A stretch of DNA of 64,000 nt from the human T2T-CHM13v2.0 reference genome, Homo sapiens. The notes beneath the pieces were generated by a model. It was not told where the DNA came from. It did no database searches and saw only the letters and a list, made by a program, of their open reading frames with translations. The stretch lies in NCBI RefSeq assembly GCF_009914755.1, contig NC_060930.1, one strand, 5' to 3'. Positions 25,323 through 38,030 of the stretch are shown piece after piece. Numbering within the stretch: position 1 is the first letter of the stretch; each line of letters starts with the position of its first letter. A program made the translations under genes and the position numbers.

Positions 25323-26911
25323 CACACATAGACAAACGAGTTAATAAAAGTTTAAATTTCTAATGAATGTAGATATGACATCTAGCCAAAACCTGAACAG
25401 CTTCTCTTGTAAGGATTTCTGCATTGTCTTCTTTGAACCTTCTGTAGGTAGCTTTCTCTGGACAACTTACCTTTTTTTCCTCATTCTTTTTTCTAGCTGA
25501 ATTATATTTACCAGGCTGTAGTCATGGTTGGTTTTCTCCCTCATTGAAATTGAGGATCTTTACCAAATACTGTTCTAAGCCAGTATCTGGACTTGATTTC
25601 TCAGAGTTGCGCTATGGCTTCAGAAGAAAGACCATCTTATCCTTAGTTGTCTATATTACATGGGTTCTCTACAACAGCCAGAAGCACATTTCTTGTATTT
25701 TTTGTTTTGAGGTTCCCACTTTTGTCCCTGTCAGGGAAATTCCAGGTTTTTTTCTTTGAGGGAGACAGTTGACTCTCATTTTATTTATTCGGAGAGATTA
25801 CTGAGCTATGACTAGTCAAGCCTTTTTTGGCCTCTGCTATTGGTTCTGCTCATATCCCCTGGTAGTGTACCCATAAAAAAGTTGAGGTTTTTGGTTTTTG
25901 AAAGGGTTAATAATACTTAAAGGACTTTATTTGAGTCTTAAGTGGTTAGATTTACTGAATTTTAGAGTTGAAAGAGAACTTGGAGATCATCTAATCCAGT
26001 GTCTGCATTTTACAGATAAGAAAAACCCTGTCTGATAGAGACATGATAAAGTTCTAGTGTGTTTGTTCTAAAGGTTCTCCGTATTTTTATTTTTTAAAAG
26101 GTTATTTTTTTAAAGCTCTTTTATGAATTACATTTCTCTTTCACAACAAACTTGTGATAAGTTGAACGATATTTTCCCCTCCATAATAGGTGAAGAAACA
26201 GGCACACAAAAGTGAAGTAACTCACCTCTGCTAGATAATATCAAAGTGGATCCAGAACTAAGTTCTGAATTTTGACACAAACTCTGAACTGAGTTGTTTG
26301 ATTTTCTGTTAGAAACCCTACATTTAGTAAAATTTGTGGACCAGGATTCTAGATATTGCTCAAATTTATTTATGATGTCTTTCATGATTAAGTGGAAGAA
26401 TATCACAAACTTCATATCTCTGCATACTAATCGTGACTATCAGTGCTGTTCATTGTTTATTCTGCTTTGTGTAAACCTGTTTTAAAGAAATAAAAGTAGC
26501 TGCTTGGCCATATATTAATGATGATAACTGAGTTTTTGTTTCCTTATCTGTAATACAAAACTCTCATAGAGTTGTTGAGAGGAACAGAGATAATGGATGC
26601 TAAACAAGCCTTAGCTCCAAAAATTGGTAGCTTCTATGGTCTAAGTGAAAATTAATATACAGAAAGTAATATTAAGATAATGAAATGGATGAGTTTTATA
26701 TATATGAGTAATTTAGAAAATGTTCTGCTTTTTAATTTTTATAATAGTAATAAGGGAGATTTGGACATTGAGCTTAGTTCTTTTCAAAAGCAAAGAATTA
26801 CTTTGAATGAATAGTTAAGAGGAACTATTATATTATTTTGATAGTTAAGAGGAACTTTAATTTTGAATTCTTACACTATCTTAAATTAAGATTTAATTGT
26901 TAACCGTAACC

Positions 26912-27211
26912 TTTTTTTTTTTTTTTTTGAGGCGGAATCTTGCTCTCTCGCCCAGGCTGGAGTTTAGTGGCACAATCTCTACTCACTGCAAGCTCTGCCA
27001 CCTGGGTTCACGCCATTCTTCTGCCTCAGGTCCCGAGTAGCTGGGACTACAGGCACCTGCCACCACGCCTGGCTAATTTTCTTGTATTTTTTTAGTAGAG
27101 ACGGGGTTTCACTGTGTTAGCCACGATGGTCTCGATCTCCTGACCTTGTGATCTGCCCACCTTGGCCTCCCAAAGTGCTGGGATTACAGGCGGGAGCCAC
27201 CGCGCCTGGCC
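26912..27211 (-). mobile_element. AluY-like, antisense
   Basis: gcaagctc...gggttcacgccattct...gtgttagcc...gatggtctcgatctcctgacc. Confidence 0.92.
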
Positions 27212-27235
27212 AACGGTAACTTTATATGATCTTCA

Positions 27236-27580
<345 letters not shown>

Positions 27581-28717
27581 TTATGCAATTTCTCAACAGA
27601 TTATTTTTGTGGCTCACTTATGTCTTAGACATTTTAAGATCTTTTCCCTCAGGACAGGACTTTCTTTAAATATCTTATTGATGTATTTACTTTTAAGGGA
27701 GAATGACTAACATGAAAAATTTTACATTTCTCCATCTAATTCGTATTTTGTTTGTTACACACTACAATGTAAGTTTTTTGACAAGGTTTTATATGTATGT
27801 TTTCATTTCATCTGTCATGTCAGGCCTAAACTCAGTGTACAGAATTCTCAATCTTAAACTTTATGAAAGCTCATACAGCTATTCAATCTATATACTTATT
27901 TTCAGATATAGTTACTTCGGTTAATTTTTTAACCAAGATATTTCAATCATAAACAATCATTTTATGTTTAGTGGTTTATCTTTTTCTTTCAATATTAAAT
28001 ATTCAGGTTGTATACTTCAGTATTGTGAAGTGTGTTTGAGTCATGGCCATGATATGAAGATCAGTGTACTATCAAAGAAACTTAAAAAGACAGCATAGGA
28101 TGGGCTTTAGATCCAGTCTGTTCCTATCACTTGTGAGACTTTGGGCAAGTCATGTTACTTCTATGACACTTAATTTCTTTATCTGTAACGTTAAGGAATT
28201 GACTCTGAATGAATTCTCCCTAAAATTCTGAATTTGTATCTTTGTGACAACACCTACTAGTACTATTTAATGTTGAATGTTATATGTTTAAGATCCCCTT
28301 TGATGACAAAAGTAACAAGAATGAGAATTGGCATTATTAAAACAATAGATTAGAGTTTCAATTTGGGGTGACGAAAAAGTTCTAGAGATGGATAGAGGTT
28401 GCACAACGTGAATGCACTTCATGTCTCTGAACAGTACACTGAAAAAATGGTTAGAATGTTAAATTTTATGTTATATGTATTTTGCCACAAAAAACCTGCA
28501 AAAACAGGCAGCCAAAGGGTCTTAGAGTTATTATAATTACAGCACATTCATATGTACCTTTAAATCATTTAAAAACATGCATTTTGAAAATTTACATTTT
28601 ATGTAAATGTAAGTTTATTTAAGTATGTTTATCCTTTTTGTTGTCAGAAATATCTATGTTCCGAATGAATTGAATGCAGTTTGTTGCTTAACCTTTCCTG
28701 TACTTTTTCTTTTTCAG

Positions 28718-28725
28718 TAATTGGG
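28718..28725 (+). other. SNRNP48: 8-nt poison micro-exon (TAATTGGG) in SNRNP48 intron 4
   Basis: Branch-like GCTTAAC 28686-28692, long pyrimidine tract, cAG at 28715-28717, donor GGG|GTGAGT at 28726; inclusion gives TGA at 30413-30415. Confidence 0.88.
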
Positions 28726-28780
28726 GTGAGTATAAAGAGGAATTAGGAACCTGAATGTACTCCTTATTTAAAGATATGCA

Positions 28781-28807
28781 GTATCCTTTTTGCAAATGAT
28801 ATCCTTT
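28781..28807 (+). promoter_or_regulatory. SNRNP48: USSE (U11 snRNP-binding splicing enhancer): tandem U12-type 5' splice-site motifs
   Basis: GTATCCTTT 28781-28789 and ATATCCTTT 28799-28807, both perfect RTATCCTTT, 18 nt apart; matches the element described for the 48K gene. Confidence 0.92.
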
Positions 28808-30379
28808 TAAAAGTAAAATTTCTAAACTTTATCTTAATACCTGTCACATATTATAGTCTTGAATTGGAATTTTGGTTGAATTACAAGGAATTTAAGTATC
28901 AGTCTTCATCATAAAGAAATTTAAGATGAATAAATTGAAGAAAAGGCTAAAATAATTTAAGAAGGAAATTATATTTCTTTGTTTAAAAATAACAGGCAAA
29001 GGTTTATATGAAGCTTGTTTGTAATACATCATTATTTTCTAATCTGTGTTTTCCTCCCAAATTTTTATAGCCTAATTCAAAGGAATTAGGCTTATCAAAG
29101 CTGTTTTTATAATTTTGTATTATGAAATGCCTACTATAATTAGAATAAAATTGATTGACTTGAAAGGGAACCCTTTTTTCCCCATTAATTCAAAACCCTT
29201 TGACGAGTAAAAATGGCCATATATTGTTATGTATAGCCGTGTTAAACCATGGCCTCAGATTCACTGCAGCTCTCCTCTTAGTATGTAGACAAGTAGTACC
29301 TCTTTTTTGTTGTAATGCTTAGTTCATAGTATGCTCTTATTTGAATTCTTTTTGCCTCTACCTAGGAACTTAATGAGGTTAGACTTTATCAAATATAAGT
29401 ATCTGGAAAGAGCTACTGATTTTATGTTGTTCTATGAACCAGTTACTACTTTAGAATAAGTTAGCAAACAATAAAAGGATTCCTTTAGTAGCTCATGTTC
29501 TTTGTTTGCATTAGTGAGTAATGAAGTCTAGAAAGAATTGTTTTAAATTGCTTTTTTTACAGTTCCAATCATTTTTTTATTTGAGAAAATTTGAATCTCA
29601 AAACAAAAATTTTCTTCAATGTTTAATACATCATATCAAGGTATTGTATTTACTTTTTTTCACTAATGAGCAGATTTTAGAAAATTCTGTAACTACCGGG
29701 GGGCACTGCTATTAACTTTTTTCAATTAATTTGGTTAAGCCACTATGCTTCCTCCTCAGGAAATTAAAATGAGTTTAATTTAATCTGTGCTTTCCTGGCG
29801 TGAGGAGGTGTGGGATTTCTGCTACTTAATTATTTTGTGGCCCCTAGCTCTAAGTCCTTGCACAAGTGGGATATATTTTGAATATTGACCATCTAGCTTG
29901 ATGTCTCATACAAAAAGATATTTTTTACACAGTTTTTAATATTTCCATAGTTTATTTTCAAAGGGACTGTAATGCATATTACTTATTAAAAGCATTTTTT
30001 CCCCCAACTTTGATGGGGAAAAGCATATCAACAGATACCTACTTTTGTAGATGGCTATAAAAATTGTTACCCAAAAGGCTTTCTTAGAGCAAATTGTCTC
30101 TTATGATTATTCCTGCCTGCCTCCATGGGATCTGTCTTTATATTGTTGGAGAGAATAGCAAACATCCATAATACATTTTTTTTTTTTTGTGGATATAACA
30201 TTCAGGATAGAATTGTTTGTCATTTATTGCTTAGATTGATATTTTGCATACTTAGGGATTATGAAAAAAGTTTGTGTTAATATTGCATTATTAAAGCACA
30301 TGTTTAAAGATAATTATTAGATTTTAAGTTCACAATGCTTCATGTATTGTTTATTCTTGTGATTTTATTTTTACTTTAG

Positions 30380-30568
30380 GAATTTATTCTTCATTGCCTG
30401 TTGAAGTTCCTTTGAATCACAAACGGTTTGTTTGTGATCTAACTCAAGCTGATCGTCTTGCCCTCTATGATTTCGTAGTTGAGGAGACAAAGAAAAAGCG
30501 CTCTGATTCTCAAATTATTGAAAATGACAGCGATCTCTTTGTAGACTTGGCTGCCAAAATCAATCAAG
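30380..30568 (+). CDS. SNRNP48: SNRNP48 exon 5
   Basis: ctttAG|GA and AAG|GTttga; 189 nt; IYSSLPVEVPLNHKRFVCDL...KINQ. Confidence 0.94.
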
Positions 30569-30699
30569 GTTTGAGATGCACATCATAGCTTTACATTTCT
30601 TCATTATCATTTTATTCTATGAGTGTTATTAAGATGATTTAATTCTTGGGCCACTTTGAGTTAGAGTAAAATGGTTTTGTATCATTTAATATTGACATG

Positions 30700-31361
30700 A
30701 AGTTGGCCCTCTGTGTCTGTGGGTTCCATATCCATCAATTTGACCAACGGTGGATTGAAAATATTTGGAAAAAATAAAAGTGTGTGGTTGCCTCTGTACT
30801 ATACATGTAGAGACTTTTTATTCTTGTCATAATTCCATAAACAATATATTAACAACTATTCATGCAGCATTTACATCGTATCAGGTTTTTGGTGTTTTTT
30901 TTGTTTTGTTTTTTTGAGACTGAGTCTTACTCTGTCACCCGGGCTGGAATGCAGTAGCGCGATCTCAGTTCGTTGCAATCTCTGCCTCCCAAGCTGAAGC
31001 AATTCTCGTGCCTCAGCCTCCTGAGTAGCTGGGATTACAGACATGTGCCACCACACCTGGCTACTTTTTGTATTTTTAGTAGAGATGGGGTTTTGCTACG
31101 CTGGCCAGGCTGGTCCCAAACTCCTGGCCTCAAGTGATCCTCCTGTCTTGGCCTCCCAAAGTGCTGGGATTACAACGTGAGCCACTGTACCCGGCCTGTA
31201 TTAGGTATTGAAAGTAATTTAGAGATGACTTCAAGTGTACTGGAGGGTGTGTGTAGGTTATATACAAATACTACACCATTTTATATCAGAGACTTGAGCA
31301 TCCATGGATTTTGATATCCTTGGGGGTTCCTGAACAAATTCTGCATGGATACTGAGGGATA
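30700..31361 (+). mobile_element. MER2 (Tigger2-related) DNA transposon split by an Alu
   Basis: gttggccctctgtgtctgtgggttcc...gacttgagcatccatggattttgatatcc...ggatactgaggga. Confidence 0.75.
30886..31196 (-). mobile_element. Alu, antisense (AluJ/Sx-like)
   Basis: Reverse-complement Alu; TSD gtat(c/t)aggt. Confidence 0.92.
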
Positions 31362-31666
31362 TTTACTCAGTACCTGAGGTTTTACTCTGACTTTTACATT
31401 AAATGTACCTTCTTTCTGTAAAAATATTACAACTGTGCTGTTACTTTAATCTATGTACCTAAGCACTCTTATGTTCAACTAATGGCTGGAGAGAAGAAAT
31501 GATATAAAACTTAGCCCGTGTATATAAATAATATACAATTTTTAGAATGTTTTTATGTGCTACTTTGAAACAAGTTAAAATATAGGATTGTGATGTATTT
31601 ATTTGATAATTCATAGAATTTAAAAGCTTTGAAGGATATAATACTTTTATTTTATTCTTTCATTAG

Positions 31667-31788
31667 ATAATAGTCGAAAAAGTCCAAAATCCTACCTTGA
31701 AATCCTGGCAGAAGTACGAGATTATAAAAGAAGACGCCAGTCCTATAGAGCCAAGAATGTTCACATAACCAAGAAATCATATACTGAG
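31667..31788 (+). CDS. SNRNP48: SNRNP48 exon 6
   Basis: cattAG|AT and GAG|GTaagt; 122 nt; NSRKSPKSYLEILAEVRDYKRRRQSYRAKNVHITKKSYTE. Confidence 0.94.
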
Positions 31789-33929
31789 GTAAGTTTTACA
31801 TAATCTTTGTTGATAAGAATTTCCCTTAGGTAATTTTCTAAATCTGTTCTATGAATTTCCACAATTCTTTGGAAATTTTCTGAAAGTGTCTTCAGGGTGG
31901 CCACACCTGATTTGTATCTGTTCCATCACTTCTAGATCCACCCTTTAGCAAGCAAAGGCTTTCATAGTATAAGAACCTTATATAAAACAATTGTACAATC
32001 TTAAAAGATATCTCCTTGTGAGAAAGTAGTAGTGTATCATGGTAAGAGCATGAGTTTGGGTTTAGGTAGACCATACCTTGACTTTTGATTCTGCTGTTTC
32101 TCATTGGCTCTTTGACTTAAGCAAGTTATTTGAGCTTTTTAGATTGAATGTTTTCTTTTCATAATAATAATAATATAATCTTTGCAGGGTTGTTATGAGA
32201 ATTGACTGACAGAATGTATGCAAACACAAATTTCTTCATGAATATTAGCTATTATCTTTTTTGGCAGAAAGCATGTTTTTATGTACTCTAGTAAATATTT
32301 GGACTTAAGAAATGTCTTGATATACATTATTTATGTATTAGTCTCTTGGTGTATGTCTAGACTTATTTTCAGATGCCATTTAATGGCTCGTTAGAGTTGA
32401 TGAATTTTTTTGGTATGTGAATTACCTTGCCCAGACTCTACAAATAATTGCCTCATTGATTCCCTAATTGTTCCCGTATTATTTCTTACTTCTCTCTGAT
32501 TTAAAAGACCTTCCATAATCTGGCCTCCTTTTCCCAAGCATTTCTTTTGCTTTAGTCAAGCATGTCTCTTAAACTATATCTGATTGCATATAATTATTCT
32601 TACCTCCATGCCCTATTACCTGTTACTTTCTTACCTGAAATGCTCTGTTTTTGCCATTTTAAATCTTGTTGAGTTTAAGGGCCACCATTTCCATGAGGTG
32701 CTAGTTGACTAATCTATCACTAGTTTATTGTACTAATACTCTGTACCACACAGCTTAGCTCTAAATTTTATGCTGTTCTTTTTACAGTTAAAATCTGTGT
32801 TTTAGACTTAACTTAGCAAGTAGAGACCTGGGTCCCTGTCATACTACCTTGGTGATTCTCATAGTCCCTAAGATACTTGGCTCATCAGTTATTTCTTCTC
32901 TCGTCTCATAACCCTTGTAATCAAGCTTAAATGTTGCTGCTAGCATTCTTTACGGTTTTATAGTTGATATTTTATTGTGGAAATATTCAAACATATACTA
33001 AAGTGGATAGCATCGTCTAAGGAATGTACCCATCACCCAGCTTCAAAAATTGAAATAAAAGATTGGCAAGGGCTTCATAGAGAAAAGCATTTGAGGGAAA
33101 GGGAGAAGCAAGGAGGAATAAAGGAATGTCTGCTTATTGACTCTTGCCTATGTGGTGGAGCCTGAGCTAGGTGGATTCTGTGCAAATAGCAGGCTTCAAG
33201 GCGCTTACATAGAGCTGCTGACAGGGAGGCTTGTAGGCCTGCCAGGGAAGTGCGAGAGCTGGAACTTGAGATAGGTGTGTGTGACTCATGTCACTCCGCT
33301 AGGTTGGACCTTGGCATATCTTAGGTTTTCCATGGGAGAATATAGTGGAGGAGGAGAAGTGGTGGATAAGGATTTTCCGGGTGGAAGAACTAGCATTCTG
33401 AAAAGCAGATAGAAGTATAGGAGTTTTTCAGAGACTCATTAGTAACCCAGGGTGGCTAGAGCTTAGGGCTTCTCTGTTGAGAGATGAGGCTAAGTTCTAT
33501 CTTATGTAGGAAAATCCTGGAGGGCTCTGAAGGCTTCATTAAGGAGTTTGGATATTGTTCGATTTTACTTTGAGAGCCATTGAAAGTTTCTTTAAGGTGG
33601 GGAGAAATGCAGTCAGGCCTGAATGAATAGTGTTTCTGAGATTGCCCCGTGTCCCCTATACCTTTTTTCTGAAAACATTTTCTATTTAATCATGAGGGAA
33701 GTGTAAACTCCTATTTTAGTTTTGTCTTTGCCTCTGCAGTGACTAACCCTGTGCTTGGTGGCATGGGTAAATAGGAAAGGAAAAACTTTCAAGTGGTTTT
33801 TACCTATTTGAAAGTTTCTTTATAGAGTCATTCAGAAAGTATCTGTGAAGTGACTGTATGTTTCATATTTTGTCTTATTAAGTCATATGATTAAGTCAAG
33901 ATGACTTAATTATAAGGTTTTAAAAAAAT

Positions 33930-34290
33930 CATTTGTAAATAAGCTCTAATAGAGAGATAAATTGCAAAACTAAAAATAGTACCAAGAACTCCCATATTGT
34001 CTTTACCCAGATCACCCATTGTTAGCATTTTGCCACATAGCTTCTCATTGGCACTCTCTCTCTCTCTCTCTCTGCACATTTTTCACTCTCTCGATCTCGA
34101 TCTGTACATATTTTTTTCCCCTGAATTCTTTAAGGGTTAAATTACATACCTCATAACCCTTTATCCCCAGTATGTATTTCCTAAGAACAGAGATATTTTC
34201 TCACATAAAGGTAGTACAGTTATAGCAACTTCAAATTTAATATTGCTGTAAAACTTTTATCTACTATTCATATTCCAGTTTGACCATTGC
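33930..34290 (-). mobile_element. L1MC-like fragment
   Basis: aagaactcccata...tttacccagatcacccattgttagcattttgccacat...tatttcctaagaacagagatatt. Confidence 0.55.
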
Positions 34291-34444
34291 CTTTTCTGTG
34301 TTCTCTAAACTGCACAAGTCCCACAGTCAATTATGTCATAGCACTTAGTAAATATTTGATTGTTAGCACTGATCTTTCTAGCGTTACAGTCTTAATTTTT
34401 TGAGCAGTTTTCTTACCTGAAGTTCGGTGCTTACCTCTCCCAAG

Positions 34445-34533
34445 GTGATTCGAGATGTGATAAATGTGCACATGGAAGAACTCAGCAATCATTGGCAAGA
34501 AGAGCAAGAGAAGGCAGAGGATGATGCCGAAAA
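34445..34533 (+). CDS. SNRNP48: SNRNP48 exon 7
   Basis: ccaAG|GTG and AAA|GTacgt; 89 nt; VIRDVINVHMEELSNHWQEEQEKAEDDAE. Confidence 0.92.
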
Positions 34534-34777
34534 GTACGTCATTATCTTTATTGGTGAAAATACTCTCTCTTTGATAACAGATAACAATTAACTTATAATT
34601 GTTAAATTTTAGCATTTCCAAAACCCTTGATAGCACACAGTAAACTCGTGAAAATGCTTTTTGTTTTTCGTTGTCAGTGCCCAGGGTTATTGTACCAGAG
34701 TTGTTCTGACATTACCCTTTGACAGTTTTCAGGGGATAGCCATATTAGTGAAATATTCAAATAGCAAAACATACTAA

Positions 34778-34905
34778 CATTTATGCCTAGTATTCCATTA
34801 TGGGAACACCAAGCATGTGGGAGTTATTTATGTCCTACTGCTCAAGGTCATCGCCAAGGTCTCATTGCAAAAATTAAAAAAATTGCAACCTCAGGCATAA
34901 ATGGG
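34778..34905 (+). mobile_element. MER85 non-autonomous piggyBac (PGBD3-derived) element
   Basis: catttatgcctagtattccattatgggaac...ggtcatcgccaaggtc...ggcataaatggg followed by TTAA (34906-34909); inverted termini CATTTATGCC/GGCATAAATG. Confidence 0.88.
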
Positions 34906-35077
34906 TTAAGAGCTGTGTTTATTTGTCCTTTTATATGGGTTATAAGATTGTGCATATTTAGACCATATCTACCATTGGTTTGATATAGAATATTACACTT
35001 TAGACTGGTGTGTCTGTGTACGTATACTGGAGACCAGTGGTAACACAAACTGATTAACATTCTTTTCTATGTTTTAG

Positions 35078-35242
35078 GAATGAAGAAAGGCGATCAGCTT
35101 CAGTAGATTCACGGCAGTCTGGTGGAAGCTATTTGGATGCTGAGTGTTCACGACATAGAAGGGATAGGAGTAGAAGCCCACATAAAAGAAAAAGAAACAA
35201 AGATAAGGATAAAAACTGTGAGTCGAGAAGAAGGAAAGAGAG
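35078..35242 (+). CDS. SNRNP48: SNRNP48 exon 8 (RS/basic region)
   Basis: ttttAG|G and GAG|GTgggt; 165 nt; NEERRSASVDSRQSGG...RDRSRSPHKRKRNK. Confidence 0.94.
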
Positions 35243-36083
35243 GTGGGTCTAACCCTGCATCATCCAACGTTGAATTCTGTACTTTTTAAAAATAGAACAG
35301 GTTCTTCTGTTGTAGACCATGCTGAGAAAATAGATTTTAAGAATAAGCTAAAGTAAGGAGAGTAAACAATTGACGATGATTCTTAACATTCATTATAGTT
35401 CAGTTCAAATAACCACCACTCTAGTGACATAGATCTCTACATGCGTGATTGGATGTTTTTTTCCCTTTTTTATCTCTTACTTGCTTGCTTCCTAAACAGG
35501 ACATATGAAAGTATTGTCTAGGCAGGACATTAACTGTTAAACACGGTTTTCCCAGATCCCTTTCTTCTGCTCATTCCTTCCTTCCTCTTTCTCTTATTCT
35601 TTCTTTCTTTTTCCTGCTAATTCCTCAAATAAGGGTATGTAGGGTCAGAGAGAACATCTAAATTTTGACAGTCAATTTTGCCTTTGTTAGTAAAATTTTG
35701 ATAGCTTGAGAGATGTGAATTAATACCGAATTAGTAAATGTAAATCATTTGAGGTCTATTTCTGTAGTCCAGCTGCTTACAAGGCATGTACCTGGATCTC
35801 AAGTTCATCAGGTCTAGAACTAAACTTACCTTTTTCTCAATCTGCTCCTCTTTCCCCAGCATTACTGTCCTGGTTAAAGAGATGACTCTCATCTATTAAC
35901 CTAAGCCAGAAATCAAGGAGTCATTTTAGATACTTCCTTCCACTCCTTATCATCTGGTCAGTTCCTAATGAAATGATGGTCATTTTCCTAATTTTTCTAC
36001 TTGTCTCTAAATTTACTGCATATGATTCCATTCCCTTGTATACTGCTAGAGTGAATAGTCACCTCATAGAACTCTTCCGTGGC

Positions 36084-36371
36084 GGTCTGGCATGGTGGCT
36101 CATGCCTATAATCCCTACACTGTGGGAGGCTGAGGCAGGTGATCACTTGAGCTCAGGAGCTCAAGGCCAGCCCGGGCAACCTGGCAAAACCTCGTCTCTA
36201 CAAAGAATACAAAGATTAGCCGGGTGTGGTGGTGCATACCTGTGGTCCTAGCCACTTGTGGGGCTGAAGCAGGAAGATTGCTTGAGCCTGAGAGGTTGAG
36301 GCTGCAGTGAGCCGTGTTCTCACCCCTGCACTCCAGCCTGGGCAACAAAGTGAGACCCTGTCTCAAAAAAA
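36084..36371 (+). mobile_element. AluJ
   Basis: Diverged Alu; TSD agaactcttc(c/a)gtggc. Confidence 0.9.
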
Positions 36372-37314
36372 GTGAGAACTCTTCAGTGGCAAAATTCACA
36401 TTCTTTGAATGGCTCTCAAGACTTCTGGGATCCTGGCTCCTACCTACTTCTTGTATTTTGCTACTACGCCATGAAATGCATAACTTGTCCTCTAGCCAGC
36501 CTGAGTTACTTAGAGTTCCTCATCCACACTGTGCCACATCTATGCCTTTCCACTTTTGTGTTCTGCTGCCTACCTCTTTTTAAAAGCCTACTTGGTAAAC
36601 TCCTCCTCATCCTTTAAGACCCATCTCAGCCATTTCCTGAAGCCTTTTTCTCACTTGTTCAAGCAGAGCTGATCATCTTTTCCATTTTGTTGCCACCCTA
36701 CCTAGCTTATAGTTGTTCTTGAGCTTAATAGTTATTATTATCGCTGCTAGACTGTGAGCTCCATGAAGGCAAGGTCTGTATCTTACTTAGTTTTATACAC
36801 AAAGTACTTTCAAATATTAGGCTCTCAAATAATATCCTGTCTCTCCAGGGCCACTGGTAATCAGGAATTAAAGCTTATTGTATTGGTTTGGTAATTTTGT
36901 TCATCTTACTATCATTCAGTTAATTAGGTTTAAAGCTACCTATGACTTAGTCCTTTTCTTATACAAATGAAATATTTGCTTAGTAATCCTTTTTGATTCA
37001 TATGCTGTTTTATAATAACTATAGTGCTTCTTCTACTTAAGTAATTTTTGACATCTCTAATCAATCCCTGTTGACTTAAATACATTAGAAGTCCTCAAAA
37101 TCTAAACATTAAATAGTTTTTATTTAAAGAAGATAAACTGGATATAAGTAAGAAATACTTCTCAACAGGCTAATCTTTGATATCCAACCCTGGGGTGGAC
37201 TGAATTATAGGGACTTTGTTTATCTGACGTAAACCAGAACAAGTAAAACATTCATTTCGAATTAAAGTGTTTTTTTTTTTAAGAGTATGTATGAAAAATG
37301 CATTATTAAAACTA

Positions 37315-37659
<345 letters not shown>

Positions 37660-37760
37660 TCAAAGTGATTTTTTTTAAATTACGCTTTGAAATTCTGCTT
37701 TAAAATTAACTTTGAGTATATGTAAATGATAACCAGAAAATTCTTTTCAAATAGAATGTT

Positions 37761-37822
37761 AAAGTAGCATATTACTGTTGAAAGTGGTGTATTACTGTTG
37801 AAAGTGGTGTATTACTGTTGAA
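37761..37822 (+). repeat. 20-bp tandem repeat (~3 copies) near the last SNRNP48 acceptor
   Basis: attactgttgaaagtggtgt x2 plus partial and degenerate copies. Confidence 0.9.
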
Positions 37823-37891
37823 TTATTTTAAAGCTCTGATATTAAAATGTCCATCATTTATAACCATTTTTTTATACCTCTTTTATTTCAG

Positions 37892-37940
37892 GGATGGGGA
37901 AAGACACCATAGTCATAAAAGAAGAAAGCAAAAAATATAA
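37892..37940 (+). CDS. SNRNP48: SNRNP48 exon 9, coding part
   Basis: tttcAG|G; DGERHHSHKRRKQKI-TAA; the nine exons total 1,020 nt = 339 aa + stop. Confidence 0.94.
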
Positions 37941-38030
37941 ATGAAGTACTCGTACCTATATTAATTATGCTTACGCCATGATAACCAATATACAGATATA
38001 TTAATTGGAATTCCTTTGCATAGGAGAATG

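Noticed and set aside
28781-28807. A genuine U12-type intron starting at these motifs
   Set aside because: No coding exon ends here, an in-frame TAG (28744) precedes them, and intron 4 has ordinary U2-type ends; better explained as an enhancer
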